Of a stretch of 64,000 nucleotides of DNA, positions 47,037 through 58,616 are shown piece by piece. Source of the stretch: Terriglobia bacterium (lineage in GTDB: Bacteria; Acidobacteriota; Terriglobia; 20CM-2-55-15); the NCBI GenBank assembly GCA_963664115.2, contig CAXWPJ010000009.1:32001-96000 (forward strand). Reading direction: 5' to 3'. Below the pieces are notes generated by a model. The model was not told the DNA's origin and did not search any database. It saw only the letters and a list, made by a program, of their open reading frames with translations. Each line of letters starts with the position of its first letter. Position 1 is the first letter of the stretch. A program made the translations under genes and the position numbers.

Positions 47037-48392
47037 TCAGACGATCGCGGCTGCGGTCGTCATCATGGAATCCTGGGCCTCGAGGCCGGGGCCCTGAACT
47101 CCGGAAATCGGGATTCGGTGCCAACGATTTGCCGCCAGGGCCTCCGGCACACGGACCTTGATGAAGTTGTCGCTGATTGCGGACCGCCAACCGGATTCGG
47201 CAGCCTCATCCAAGACCAGCACCCAGATGTCCCGACCCACGAACCGGCGTCGAAAGGCCTCGTTCTTTCGGCCGATCAATTCTCGAAGTTGCTGTCCCCG
47301 GAACCGGGTGACGTGCGCAGGAACGGGGTTCGGATATGCTGCAGCGGCTGTACCCGGGCGTGGAGAATAAGGGAAGACGTGCAGGTAGGTGAGCGCTGAA
47401 TCTTCGATCAGGCGATACGTCATTTGAAAATCGTCGTCGGTTTCACCCGGAAATCCAACCATGACATCAGCCCCGATTGCCGCATCGGGTGCCGCGCTGC
47501 GAATGCCCTCGACCAGCGCCGCATACGCCGGAGCCCGGTAGGGGCGACGCATTGCTTCAAGAACACGCGAAGATCCGCTTTGCATCGGCACATGTAGATG
47601 CGTGGCAACTCTCGAATCGTTTGCGACCCGATCAATTATTTCGGGGGTGACTTCCAACGGTTCGATCGAACTCAGCCTCAATCGTTCCAGAGCCGGAACT
47701 TCGTCGAGGGTCCTGCTCACCAACTCTGTCAGGGAACATCGGGATTCGATGTCACGACCGTAGGAACCCAGGTGAATGCCCGAAAAGACCACTTCTCGAA
47801 AGCCACGCTCCACAAGATCGCGAACCTGTGCCACGACACTGTCGGGCCCGAGGCTCCGGCCCGGCCCCCGGACCGTCGGAATAATGCAGAAGGCACACGT
47901 CGCGTTACACCCGTCCTGAACCTTTACGGTCGCGCGGGTGCGCCCGCCCGACCCCTGATAGGCAGGTTCCGACAGTCTGCGCTGGGGAAAAATCTCGCTG
48001 CAGAATATTTCGGCGCGACCGTCGTCAGTGGAAGCTTCCAGGCGTCCCCGGGCCAAGGCTCCGACCATTCCTTTATGGGAGTTGCCCACAACGTAGCGCA
48101 CCTGAGGCATCGCGGCCAATTCTTCGGGACGCCTTTGCGCGTAACAGCCGGTCACAATGATCTCGGTCTCGGGATTCCGGCGCGCAACCCGGCGGATCAG
48201 GCGGCGGACATCGCGGTCGGCCTCCTCGGTGACGGTGCACGAGTTGATGATCAGTACATCGGCCTGGAAGGGGGAGTCGGCCAGAGCGGCGCTGCCGGCA
48301 CTGGCGGAAAGTTCGGCCTGAATCGCGCCACCCTCGGACTGGGATGTCCGGCAGCCGAAGTTCACGATGTGGAACTTCTTCTCCGGCATCAC
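47037..48392 (-). CDS. mtaB: tRNA t6A37 methylthiotransferase MtaB
   Basis: [40 protein letters not shown]. Confidence 0.93.
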   Translation of the reverse strand: MMPEKKFHIVNFGCRTSQSEGGAIQAELSASAGSAALADSPFQADVLIINSCTVTEEADRDVRRLIRRVARRNPETEIIVTGCYAQRRPEELAAMPQVRYVVGNSHKGMVGALARGRLEASTDDGRAEIFCSEIFPQRRLSEPAYQGSGGRTRATVKVQDGCNATCAFCIIPTVRGPGRSLGPDSVVAQVRDLVERGFREVVFSGIHLGSYGRDIESRCSLTELVSRTLDEVPALERLRLSSIEPLEVTPEIIDRVANDSRVATHLHVPMQSGSSRVLEAMRRPYRAPAYAALVEGIRSAAPDAAIGADVMVGFPGETDDDFQMTYRLIEDSALTYLHVFPYSPRPGTAAAAYPNPVPAHVTRFRGQQLRELIGRKNEAFRRRFVGRDIWVLVLDEAAESGWRSAISDNFIKVRVPEALAANRWHRIPISGVQGPGLEAQDSMMTTAAAIV

Positions 48393-48895
48393 TCTCCGTT
48401 CAACTGCTCCTGAAGTCGAGCGTTCTTCTCGCCAACACCCCGAGCAAGCTTATCCTTGTGCTCCGCCATGCGATCAGCGAGCGCCGGGTCGGCGGTCGAA
48501 AGGATCTGCACGGCGAACAGCGCCGCGTTTGTAGCGCCTGCCGCTCCGATCGCCATCGTTGCCACCGGAACGCCCGGAGGCATTTGAACCGTAGCCAACA
48601 GCGAGTCGAATCCCTTAAGCGGCGAGCTGTCGATGGGCACTCCGATCACGGGCAGGGTCGTTTCTGCGGCAATGACCCCGGCGAGGTGAGCGGCACTGCC
48701 GGCTCCGGCAATAATGACCCGAAGCCCCCGGTCACTCGCAGTCCGGGCATACTCCCCGGCCCGGTCGGGTGAACGGTGGGCACTGACCACCTCAACCTCC
48801 GCAGTGACACCGAAGTCTTTCAGCACCTTCAGCGCAGATTTCATCACAGGGAGATCCGAGTCGCTTCCCATAAGAACGCCCACAAGAGGTTTCAT
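48389..48895 (-). CDS. purE: N5-CAIR mutase PurE
   Basis: [28 protein letters not shown]. Confidence 0.97.
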   Translation of the reverse strand: MKPLVGVLMGSDSDLPVMKSALKVLKDFGVTAEVEVVSAHRSPDRAGEYARTASDRGLRVIIAGAGSAAHLAGVIAAETTLPVIGVPIDSSPLKGFDSLLATVQMPPGVPVATMAIGAAGATNAALFAVQILSTADPALADRMAEHKDKLARGVGEKNARLQEQLNGE

Positions 48896-50157
48896 CTCTG
48901 CTTATCCAGTCCCTTCTTTCCAATATCGCGCCGGTAGTCTTTGCCTTCGAAGTCTACCATTTCAGCAACAAAGTAGGCTTTCTCCAGTGCCTCCTCTAGC
49001 GTCAATCCCACGGCGGTGACGTTCAACACACGCCCTCCAGAGGTGTAAACATGACCGTCTTCCCTTACGGTGCCGGCATGATAGACGGTGACGTCGCCGA
49101 TGCGGGAAGCTTCGTTCAGGCCGAAAATTTCTTTTCCCTTTTCGATCTTTCCCGGATAGGTCCCCGATACCAGCACAACGGTCGCTGAGACAAGCGGACT
49201 CCACTTCAGTTCGACCTCTCCCAGGCTGTGGTCCCGGATGGCGATCAGCACATCGACAAGATCGGTTTCCATCCTGGGCAGGATCACCTGTGTCTCGGGA
49301 TCTCCAAGACGAACGTTGTACTCCACGAGCTTCGGTCCGTTGTCGGTCAACATCAGACCGGCATACAGGACTCCGGAATACGTTTGGGTAGCCTCCAACG
49401 TCGGACGAATCATGCGATCGATCACATCCTGGCGCACAGCGTCCGACAGCATCGTATCGAGGGAATATGCACCCATGCCGCCCGTATTGGGGCCGGTGTC
49501 GCCCGCAAAGCGCCGCTTGTGGTCCTGGGATGGAACCATCTCTTGAAAATCACGGCCGTCAGCAAAAACGTGAAATGAAACCTCCTCGCCTTCGAGAAAT
49601 TCTTCGATGATCAGACGGGATCCCGCCTCACCCAGCGTGCGGGACTCCATAAGGTCCTGCACGGTCCGAGTGGCCTGTTGGGGGGACTCGGCAATTACGA
49701 CACCTTTACCCGCAGCCAGACCGTCCGCCTTGATAACGGTCGGGTAGTCCACTCCCTCCAGCGCCCGGTAGGCCTCCTCGGCCGTGGCACACTCGGTGTA
49801 GGCGGCGGTGGGTATGGCGTGCTCGGAGCACAGTCGCTTGGTAAAGGCTTTGCTTGATTCCAGTTGTGCCAGTTCTGCGCTGGGCCCGATAACGGGGAGA
49901 TCACGCTTTTGAAACTCGTCCACGACCCCGAGGCTCAGGGGTACTTCGGGGCCGATGACGGTCAAATCGATCGCGTGGCTTTCAGCAAAAGCAGCAAGTC
50001 CCTCAACGGAATCGGCCGGGACCGCCGCCGTTTCAGCCTGTTGGGCGATTCCGCCGTTTCCAGGTGCGGCATAGACCTTCGAGACCCTCGGACCCTCCGC
50101 CAAAGCGTGCACGATGGCATGCTCGCGCCCGCCAGACCCGACGACGAACATCTTCAC
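48892..50157 (-). CDS. purD: Phosphoribosylamine-glycine ligase
   Basis: [33 protein letters not shown]. Confidence 0.98.
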   Translation of the reverse strand: MKMFVVGSGGREHAIVHALAEGPRVSKVYAAPGNGGIAQQAETAAVPADSVEGLAAFAESHAIDLTVIGPEVPLSLGVVDEFQKRDLPVIGPSAELAQLESSKAFTKRLCSEHAIPTAAYTECATAEEAYRALEGVDYPTVIKADGLAAGKGVVIAESPQQATRTVQDLMESRTLGEAGSRLIIEEFLEGEEVSFHVFADGRDFQEMVPSQDHKRRFAGDTGPNTGGMGAYSLDTMLSDAVRQDVIDRMIRPTLEATQTYSGVLYAGLMLTDNGPKLVEYNVRLGDPETQVILPRMETDLVDVLIAIRDHSLGEVELKWSPLVSATVVLVSGTYPGKIEKGKEIFGLNEASRIGDVTVYHAGTVREDGHVYTSGGRVLNVTAVGLTLEEALEKAYFVAEMVDFEGKDYRRDIGKKGLDKQR

Positions 50158-50999
50158 TTTTCGGGAACCTCGATTTCGGAGAGAGTCACGAGTGCTTCGT
50201 TGAGCCGGCCGGATCTATACCCTTCCACGTCGAGCGTGACGAAGCGGAAGCCGATCGCCTTGAACCGGTCCGCTAAGGCCTGAAACATATCCAGGCACAG
50301 CGCCTTTTCGAGTTCGTCGGGCGCAATTTCGATTCGAGCGATCTCATCGTGATGGCGCACGCGGCTTTGTCGGAATCCGAGCGACCTCAGAACGGCCTCC
50401 CCGTCTTCAATCATCCTGAGTTTCTTTTCGGTCACAGGAGAGCCGTAGGGTATCCGCGAGGACAGACAGGCCGAAGCCGGCAGATCCCAGGTGGGTAAAC
50501 CTCGATCTTTCGACAACATCCGGATCTCTCTTTTGCTCAACCCAGCTTCGATCAGCGGACTGCGCACGTCCAATTTTTCCGCCGCTTCCCTGCCAGGGCG
50601 AGTGTCGCCGGTGTCGTCGACGTTGTTTCCGTCGCTCACGCAGAAGAACCCCCCCCGCGCTGCCATCGCTCGCAATTTCGTATACAACTCGTGCTTGCAA
50701 AAATAACAGCGGTTGGTGGGATTCTCCGCATACTTGGGATCTTCCAGCTCGTCAGTCTGGATGAACTCGTGAGGCATGCCATAGCGGCCCACTATTTCGA
50801 GAACCATCTCCTTCTGATAGGCGGGATAGCTGGGACTTTCCGCGGTTACGGCAAGCGCTTTCTCGCCGAGCTCCTCGTGGGCCACCAGGGCCAGGTATGC
50901 GCTGTCCACACCACCACTGAAAGCGATCAGGCAAGAGCCCATGTCGTTGAGAATCGCTCTGAGCAGCGCTTCTTTTTCCTTGGCTTTCGAACCCGCCAC
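50154..50999 (-). CDS. larE: LarE-family ATP-dependent sulfur transferase
   Basis: AFSGGVDS, RCYFCK, SACLSSRIPYG, RVRHH, GYRSG. Confidence 0.92.
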   Translation of the reverse strand: MAGSKAKEKEALLRAILNDMGSCLIAFSGGVDSAYLALVAHEELGEKALAVTAESPSYPAYQKEMVLEIVGRYGMPHEFIQTDELEDPKYAENPTNRCYFCKHELYTKLRAMAARGGFFCVSDGNNVDDTGDTRPGREAAEKLDVRSPLIEAGLSKREIRMLSKDRGLPTWDLPASACLSSRIPYGSPVTEKKLRMIEDGEAVLRSLGFRQSRVRHHDEIARIEIAPDELEKALCLDMFQALADRFKAIGFRFVTLDVEGYRSGRLNEALVTLSEIEVPEK

Positions 51000-51293
51000 A
51001 AGACTCCTTCAGCCTGGGAAGCTCCGTGGAGTTATAAAGTCAGGAGTTGATCGTCAGAAGCAACTTCGGGTGACTCTGCTGCTCATCAGCGCACGACCAT
51101 TAACGCGCAACCTTCAATTGCTCCCGCAAATCGACCCCGTCTCTCACAGAAACTGCCATTGTAACAGCGTTTCGTATCCTCCTGCCGCCTCGCCGCAAAC
51201 CCAATCTGCATAAGGGTTTGCCCTTTTAAACCCTTGACAATACAGGGGCCACCTCTCAGACTTTTCGAATAGGCATCCGAGACAATCAAGAGC

Positions 51294-51821
51294 ATGCAGG
51301 CCACACTCCTACTGAACGCCTCCTACGAACCGCTCCGAATTATTTCGTGGAGAAAGGCATTGACGCTGCTGTTTGCGGGAAAAGTAGAGGTGATCGACGA
51401 GTACGATCACGAGGTCCACAGCGTCACATTTTCGATTAAACTTCCGTCCATCTGCAAGCTGGTCAAGTACGTGCGGGTGAAGAATCGGAACCGCGTTAAG
51501 TTTTCGAGGGCAAATATATACGCGAGGGATGACTACAAGTGCCAGTACTGCGGCAAGCGCTGTCCCACAGAAGACCTGACCTTCGACCACGTCATTCCTG
51601 TTGCACGGGATGGGAAGAAGAACTGGGAAAACATCGTGACCGCATGCTTCAGGTGCAACCACAAAAAGGGCGGACGGACCCCCGCCCAGGCTCGTATGGC
51701 ACTGATTCGCCGCCCGACCGAACCCCGCTGGCTGCCCGCTTACCACATTACGTTCAGGATCAAGTCGCCACCCGAAGCCTGGCGGGACTACCTTTACTGG
51801 AACGTGGAGCTGGATATTTAG
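51294..51821 (+). CDS. HNH endonuclease (McrA-like)
   Basis: LLLNASYEPL, RDDYKCQYCG, TFDHVIP, WENIVTAC..CN..K; TTGACA at 51234. Confidence 0.93.
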   Translation: MQATLLLNASYEPLRIISWRKALTLLFAGKVEVIDEYDHEVHSVTFSIKLPSICKLVKYVRVKNRNRVKFSRANIYARDDYKCQYCGKRCPTEDLTFDHVIPVARDGKKNWENIVTACFRCNHKKGGRTPAQARMALIRRPTEPRWLPAYHITFRIKSPPEAWRDYLYWNVELDI

Positions 51822-51826
51822 AAATA

Positions 51827-51900
51827 TGAAAAATGGGGTCAGAGCCCTATGTCCCGAATTAGTGGGAAATGGGGACATAGGGCTCTGACCCCATTTTTCA
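51827..51900. repeat. Perfect 29-bp inverted repeat with a 16-nt spacer (REP-like)
   Basis: TGAAAAATGGGGTCAGAGCCCTATGTCCC at 51827-51855 and its reverse complement at 51872-51900. Confidence 0.9.
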
Positions 51901-51964
51901 ATCCGGCAAGGCAAGGTATCATGGTAGGTGTGGCCCGGTTTCGATACCATCAGCTTCACTAAAG

Positions 51965-52417
51965 ATGTCGCTTTCAGACACCATCCAGTCCGATCTGGTC
52001 GCCGCGATGCGCAGCAAGGAGTCCCTGCGTCTGGGAACGCTCCGCATGATAAAGACAGCCATCAAGAACAAAGAGATCGAAAAGCGCGAGGCACTCTCCG
52101 ATGGAGAAATTCACTCCGTTCTTCAGACGCTGGTGAAGCAACGGCGCGATTCCGCTGAACAGTTCAGAAAAGGGGATCGTGAGGAGATGGCCGAAAACGA
52201 AGAGACCGAGATCGGATTCATAGAAATGTATCTTCCTGCCGCCGCGACCGAAGTAGAAATCCGGACGGCTATCGCCGCTGCGATCGAAGAAACCGGCGCC
52301 GAAAGTCCCAGAGATATCGGGAAGGTCATGAAAGCGACGAAGGATCACCTGGCTGGAAAGACAGTCGACGGGAAATTTGTCAGCATGCGGGTGAAAGAAG
52401 CCCTACAGTCAGCATGA
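51965..52417 (+). CDS. GatB/YqeY-domain protein
   Basis: DLVAAMRSKE, KQRRDS, YLP, DIGKVM, VDGK. Confidence 0.93.
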   Translation: MSLSDTIQSDLVAAMRSKESLRLGTLRMIKTAIKNKEIEKREALSDGEIHSVLQTLVKQRRDSAEQFRKGDREEMAENEETEIGFIEMYLPAAATEVEIRTAIAAAIEETGAESPRDIGKVMKATKDHLAGKTVDGKFVSMRVKEALQSA

Positions 52418-53205
52418 TGGAACACGGACCGGAATTCGACTCCCCTGAAAATCTCCACTCGACGGAATCGGACTCCGGTGACGACATTGCCGCGCGCGCG
52501 CCCGAACCACACACGAGGAAGAGTCAGATTCGGGAATGGATCGAAAGCCTGGCTTTCACGGTGTTGTTCGTCCTGATATTCACGCGGTTTGTTGCCCAGG
52601 CAACTCAGGTTCCGACCGAATCGATGAAGCCCACCATCATGGTGGGCGATCACTTCTTCCTCGACAAACTCGCGTTCCCGGCCAACTATCCCTCGCCGAT
52701 TCGCCCGTATCTACCCGAACGATTTCTGGAGCGCGGCGACATTGTGGCCTTTCGCGCTCCAGCCCAGGGAAACATACCGTTCGTAAAGCGATTAATTGGA
52801 ACGCCGGGCGACGTGATTGAGATCCGCGACAAGCGTGTGTGGATCAACGGGGCCGAAAGCGAGGAACCATACAAAATCCACGTCGACGGAAACGTCTATG
52901 AAGATCATCCGTGGACGCCCCAGGACTATGTAATCCGTGACAACTACGGACCGGTAACCCTACCGGAGGACGCATACTTCGTCATGGGAGACAATCGCGA
53001 CAACAGTAACGATAGTCGTTACTGGGGCTTCATCGGCCGTGAGGACATCATCGGCAAACCCATGTTTATTTACTGGTCCTACGCCAGCGACGCCTATGTG
53101 CCGGGACGACGCACGCTCGGAGAACGCGTCGCAAACTACGCTTCCATCATCGGCCATTTCTTTACACGGACCCGATGGTTTCGTATGGGCATGACGATTG
53201 AGTGA
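52414..53205 (+). CDS. lepB: Signal peptidase I
   Basis: VPTESMKPT, FVKRLIG, MGDNRDNSNDSRYWG. Confidence 0.96.
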   Translation: MMEHGPEFDSPENLHSTESDSGDDIAARAPEPHTRKSQIREWIESLAFTVLFVLIFTRFVAQATQVPTESMKPTIMVGDHFFLDKLAFPANYPSPIRPYLPERFLERGDIVAFRAPAQGNIPFVKRLIGTPGDVIEIRDKRVWINGAESEEPYKIHVDGNVYEDHPWTPQDYVIRDNYGPVTLPEDAYFVMGDNRDNSNDSRYWGFIGREDIIGKPMFIYWSYASDAYVPGRRTLGERVANYASIIGHFFTRTRWFRMGMTIE

Positions 53206-53248
53206 AGAGAGCCACAAATCTTTGAAGCACCAATCCACCACTCATACG

Positions 53249-54121
53249 ATGCAGGTGAGGAAAGCCGTCTTGCCGGCCGCCGGACTCGGCACTCGATTTC
53301 TGCCCGCCACAAAGGCCCAACCCAAAGAAATGCTGCCGCTTGTGGACAAGCCTCTCATCCAGTACGTGATCGAGGAAGCCGTGGGGTCGGGAATCCAGAA
53401 CGTCACGATAGTAACGGGCCGCGGCAAGAACGCCATCGAAGATCATTTCGACGTCTCGTACGAACTGGAAAGTGTTCTCGCTGAACGCGGCAAGGATCAG
53501 GAACTGGAAGAGATACGCCGAATTTCGAACATGCTCGACGTGTCGTACGTGCGCCAGAAACAAGCTCTTGGGCTCGGACACGCTATCAAAATGGCACGGG
53601 ACGTGATTGGCCAAGAACCTTTTGCCGTAATGCTCGGCGACGACATTATCGACGCCGAAGTGCCCTGCTTGAAACAGATGATGTCGCTGTTTGAAAAACT
53701 ACAGTCGTCGATCATCGCAACCTGCGCCGTTCCCGAAACCGAAGTATCGCACTACGGCATCATCCGAGGCTACTCCCTTGATGGCTATGACGGGCGTGTC
53801 TACAGGATCGAAGACGTCGTCGAGAAACCATCCCGTGACGAGGCGCCATCGAACCTGGCGATCATCGGCCGCTATATCCTGACACCAGAAATATTTGATG
53901 CGATCGAAAATACAAGTGCCGGTTCGGGTGGAGAAATCCAGATCACGGATGCCATCCGGCTCCTGCTGGAGCAACAGCCGGTCTATGCGTATATGTTCGA
54001 AGGCAAGCGATACGATGCGGGAGACAAGTTGGGCTTTCTGAAAGCGACCGTCGAGTTCGCGCTGAAGAGAGACGATCTCGGCGGCGATTTCCGTGAATAT
54101 CTTCGGTCTTTAGAGCTGTAG
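53249..54121 (+). CDS. galU: UTP-glucose-1-phosphate uridylyltransferase
   Basis: PAAGLGTRFLPATKAQPKEML, LGLGHA, GEIQITDA; start at 53249 or 53198. Confidence 0.96.
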   Translation: MQVRKAVLPAAGLGTRFLPATKAQPKEMLPLVDKPLIQYVIEEAVGSGIQNVTIVTGRGKNAIEDHFDVSYELESVLAERGKDQELEEIRRISNMLDVSYVRQKQALGLGHAIKMARDVIGQEPFAVMLGDDIIDAEVPCLKQMMSLFEKLQSSIIATCAVPETEVSHYGIIRGYSLDGYDGRVYRIEDVVEKPSRDEAPSNLAIIGRYILTPEIFDAIENTSAGSGGEIQITDAIRLLLEQQPVYAYMFEGKRYDAGDKLGFLKATVEFALKRDDLGGDFREYLRSLEL

Positions 54122-54174
54122 TGCCCCTCGCAGAAATCTGTAAAGTGAAGCCAGGCGGACGAGAGTCGGAGTGG

Positions 54175-54204
54175 TGCCCCGGTTTCGAAAAACCGGGGCA
54201 TTTA
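54175..54204 (+). terminator. Probable terminator hairpin after galU
   Basis: TGCCCCGGTTT-CGAA-AAACCGGGGCA-TTTA. Confidence 0.6.
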
Positions 54205-54430
54205 CTTCGTGGGGGGAAGTCCGTATCGAAGAATTAATATATATGCGGGACTGCTCTTAAGAATAAACAGTGGTTCGTAATGGGTAGGTTTTTCATGGTG
54301 GGTTCAACATTCATTAGTTCTCCGGCGCCCGGATGCTAATTTCAACGCACGCCAAACATTCCATTCTAGCGGGTCCTCCCGGTTAATAGCAACCTTCGCA
54401 CCACTCTACATCTAGACTATGTCGTAGTTT

Positions 54431-55228
54431 ATGTCGTCAGGAATCCTCTATATTATTGCCACCCCGATCGGGAATCTGGACGATTTCAGTAAGCGGGCAG
54501 CCGCTCTGTTGCAGGATGTTGACGTCATTATTTGTGAAGACACGCGTCATACTCGGGGTTTGCTCCAGCGCTACGATATTCGCCGACCGCTTGAGGCGTA
54601 CCACGACTTTAATGAGACTCCAAAGGCCGAGGCCTTAGTCGAACGGCTCAGGTCCGGACAGAACTTCGCTCTGGTTTCTGACGCAGGCACTCCCACTGTT
54701 TCCGATCCCGGATACAGACTCGTTCGCCTCTGCCGCCAGCAGCACATTCCCGTGATCCCGATACCCGGAACTTCCGCCACCATCGCGGCGCTCTCAGTAT
54801 CGGGACTGCCGACCGACGAATTCTGGTTCGCCGGTTTTCTTCCGTCCAGGAAAGCAGCCAGACGTCGCAGGATAGAGTCTCTCAAGGCTGTGGCCTGTAC
54901 GCTCATTTTTTACGAAGCTCCGCGGCGCATCCGTTCCGCGTTGCAGGATATGCAGGAAATTCTCGGCGACCGTGAAGTCTTCGTGGGGCGGGAAATGACC
55001 AAGTTGCATGAAGAGTATGTATTCGGAAAGATCAGCGAGGTCGCCGACCAGATCGCAGAACGGGGAGAGGCCGTTATCGTTCTCCAGGGAGCCGAGCCAA
55101 CGGAATCGGCCCCCGACGCGGTCGATCTCGAAGCGACTTCCCGGAAAGAGTTGCTGAAGATTGCCGCCCGACGCCTGGGTGTAAGCCGGAAGCAGCTGTA
55201 CGAAGCCCTCTACCGGAAAGAAGAATAG
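54431..55228 (+). CDS. rsmI: 16S rRNA C1402 2'-O-methyltransferase
   Basis: ATPIGNL, CEDTRHT, LVSDAGTPTVSDPG, REMTKLHEE. Confidence 0.96.
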   Translation: MSSGILYIIATPIGNLDDFSKRAAALLQDVDVIICEDTRHTRGLLQRYDIRRPLEAYHDFNETPKAEALVERLRSGQNFALVSDAGTPTVSDPGYRLVRLCRQQHIPVIPIPGTSATIAALSVSGLPTDEFWFAGFLPSRKAARRRRIESLKAVACTLIFYEAPRRIRSALQDMQEILGDREVFVGREMTKLHEEYVFGKISEVADQIAERGEAVIVLQGAEPTESAPDAVDLEATSRKELLKIAARRLGVSRKQLYEALYRKEE

Positions 55229-55324
55229 CGATTCATCGACGACTCCGGTGAGGGCCAGTTCCCGGGAGCCGGGACTTTAATTGACCACAACCCCTTTATT
55301 ATTTATTATTTAGCTAGCATTCTC

Positions 55325-57220
55325 ATGTCCCATTTCTATCGAACTCTCGCGATGCAATCCGACACCAGTCAGCGTCCATTGAATCCTTCAATCGCAAGCC
55401 TCGGGCTGTTTCTATGGGTCGTCATGTTTCCGGCATCCGCCCCGGCCCAGCAAGTGGACTATGAGATCGCCTTCCCGAACGCAGCGCATCACGAGGCGGA
55501 GGTTCAAGTCACATTCCGCGGCGTGCCGGCCGGCGAAGCGCTGGAAGTGCGAATGAGCCGAACATCTCCGGGACGTTACGCACTGCACGAATTTGCTAAG
55601 AACGTCTACAACGTAGAAGCGTTCGACGGTCAGAACAATCCGATAGCCTTCACACGGCCCGATCCGCATCAGTGGGATGTCGCGGACCACGATGGAACCG
55701 TGCGCATCAGCTATACCCTCTTCGGTAACCGTGCCGATGGCACCTACGCCGGGATTGACGAAACTCACGCCCACCTCAACATCCCGGCGACGTTCATGTG
55801 GGCGCGCGGCTTCGAGGAGGCCCCAATTCGCATTCGGTTTGAGAAAGTGCGTCCGGATTGGGAGATCGCCACACAACTGTTCCCTACGTCCGACGACGCT
55901 GTATTTACGGCGCCGGACCTTCCTTATTTTCTGGACAGCCCAAGCGAATTGAGCGCACACGTAGTGCGCGAATGGACGGTTGCCTCGAATGGCGACACCA
56001 CCACGATTCGCCTCGCTGTGCATCATGCAGGCACGGGAAACGAGGTTGACGACTACGCTGAGTTAGCAGAGAAGGTGGTCGCGGAACAGATTGCCGTTTA
56101 TGGCGAGCTGCCGCGGTATGAAACCGGCGCGTACACATTCATCGCCGACTACCTGCCATACGTCAGTCGGGACGGAATGGAGCACCGCAACTCCACTATT
56201 CTCACGAGCAGAAATCCCCTCTCCACAGGCGCACGTGCCAATCTGGGCACGCTGTCGCACGAGTTTTTCCATAGCTGGAACGTCGAACGCATCCGACCAC
56301 AGACGCTGGAGCCTTTCGACCTGGAGGCGGCCAACATGTCGGGTGAATTGTGGTTTGCCGAAGGCTTCACCAGTTACTACGCTCCACTATTCATACGCCG
56401 TGCCGGCATCGCGAACGACGAAGATTACGCAAGCAGCCTCTCCCGGGTGATCGACACGGTGATCAATGCACCGGGACGGGGGTTCTTCTCACCTGTAGAG
56501 ATGAGCATGCAGGCGCCCTTCGTTGATGCGGCCGTCTCCATCGACCCTCAAAACAGCGACAACACATTCCTTTCCTACTACGACTGGGGCAGTGTCATCG
56601 GACTGGGCCTCGATTTGACTCTGCGTACACGCTTTCAAACGACGCTTGATGACTACATGCGGGCCGTGTGATTCGCTCACGGTCAAACCGAACGGCCCTA
56701 CACGCAGGCCGATCTCGAACGCGTCCTCGGCGAAACTGTCGGCGATGCCGGATTCGCTGCGGACTTCTTCCGCCGCTATATTGATGGAACCGAAGTGATG
56801 GACTACGCGGCTCTGCTCGCCAATGGCGGCTATCTTCTCCGTCGGACCAATCCCGGCAATACCTGGCTCGGCGCCAACGTCATCAACCAGACAGGAAACA
56901 CAATCATCGGTGTGCCCCCCATCCTCGGCAGTCCGCTTTATGAAGCCGGCCTCGGAGCGGGAGCGGTCCTGCTGGAAGTGGACGGCAGCCCGATTTCGGG
57001 TGCTGCGTACTTTGAGGGCGTGATTCGCTCACATCGGGTCGGAGATCGTTTGTCGCTGGTCTACGAATTCCGTGGAGAGCGAAAACAAACGGTCCTGGTG
57101 CTCAGCGAAGATCCCGCCCTGGAAGTGCTCACCTATGAAAGAGCCAATCTCGGGGTGACCCCTGCTATGCGTGATTTTCGGGAAAGCTGGCTCGGTTCTA
57201 AGGCAATCGGGCCTAATTGA
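55325..57220 (+). pseudogene. M61 glycyl aminopeptidase with C-terminal PDZ, interrupted by in-frame TGA 56669-56671
   Basis: PGRY, GMEH, HEFFHSWN, LWFAEGFTSYY; the frame stays open after the TGA and joins ORF 56795-57220. Confidence 0.85.
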
Positions 57221-57401
57221 GGGTTTCTCGTGATTCGTTAACGGAATTACGTTGGCGGCTGGCCCACTCGGACTCGTGAGCTGTCACTTTTAGGTCCTTT
57301 GTTTCGTAAACCTTTACGAAGCTTGACCGAGATCCTGACTCGACATACCATTTACAAATAGAACAAAAATTGGGGGTTTCACCTTGATCTGGAGGAGTTC
57401 G

Positions 57402-58577
57402 ATGGGTACGTCACGCACGGCGGCCGCCTTAACGGTCCTACTCACTCTGCTCGGAGCCGGGACAACGCTGGCGACGGTTGCCAACGCGCAGCTCATACAG
57501 GGAGGATCCGAGGACCAGTCGCCACCGCCGGGAGTCGAGGCTCTGCCGGTGGACATGTGGACCACCGAGAACTTCTATTTCGATGAGGAATACTGGACAG
57601 ACCCGCGTTACGCCCGATGCAATACACCGCGCCAGCTGACCGACATGTGGCGGGCCGGCCGCGTCGGAGGGTGGGGTGACTGCGATCTCGACCGGGACAT
57701 AGCCGACGTTGTCAGCCCTTACGACTACCTGAGCGCCGAAGAACATTACACTGCCTTGCAGGCCGAAGCAGAAGCGGGGGGCGGTCCCACGATACATACG
57801 CGGGAAACCCTGCCAAACTGGGACGGGAACTACCGCCGTGGAGCACAAGCTGAACAGTGAGTATACGGTCGGAACCTCCAGACCGCCACGATGCTTTCGC
57901 TTCTGACTCCCGAGTATCAGGAACGCATGGCTCAAGAGACCTATCACGAAGCCGTGAGTAATTCACCCCAGTGGATGGCCGCGTTCTGCTATCCCGAAGG
58001 ACTCTGGCGCTGGTGGTCTCAGGCCGCCGTTGGTGGGGGTTATGAGGTCTTGATGACTCCGGCTCAGATCCAGTTCTTAAGCGGCACCGCAGACAACTTC
58101 CTGCGCAAGGTTCTCATCGGCCGCGAGCACGTGCAGGCCGGGGTTCCGCAATGGTATGGCGAAACCGTTGGATTCTGGAACGGGGACACGCTCATAGCCT
58201 GGACGGCCAACGTCCAGGGTTGGAAGCTGTCACATTCCATGCCGGAGTACAGCAATGAGTTTGAAGTTATCGAAGTCTTCAGGCCAAATCCGGATGGGAG
58301 CGGATTGATCGTTGAAGCGACATTCTACGATCCTGATGCTTTCGCTCAACCGCTGCATACGGTCACTCCATGGAATAAACGTTTCGAGGCTGACGACCCC
58401 GACAATCGGTACACATTCAAACAGTGCCGGACCCAGAGTACGATCATCAATGGAGCCGACGGACGGCCGACCCAGCTCATCTTTACTGACGAAGGATATG
58501 TGGATTACTTTGGCCGGCCATGGGCGCAGAATTGGGAGAGGCACTTTGAACAAGGCTGGGAGAAACCAACGGATTGA
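57402..58577 (+). pseudogene. Exported uncharacterised Cys/Trp-rich protein (paralog A), in-frame TGA 57858-57860
   Basis: Colinear with 59283-60482 across the stop: [14 protein letters not shown] vs [15 protein letters not shown]. Confidence 0.85.
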
Positions 58578-58616
58578 CAAAGACGAGCTTGGATATAGAT
58601 ATGAAGGAGAGCAGCT

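Noticed and set aside
56669-57860. Selenocysteine or TadA-type A-to-I editing at the two Trp-position TGAs
   Set aside because: The sites align to Trp and not Cys, the downstream loops lack the SECIS G, and the A is not in a UACG context
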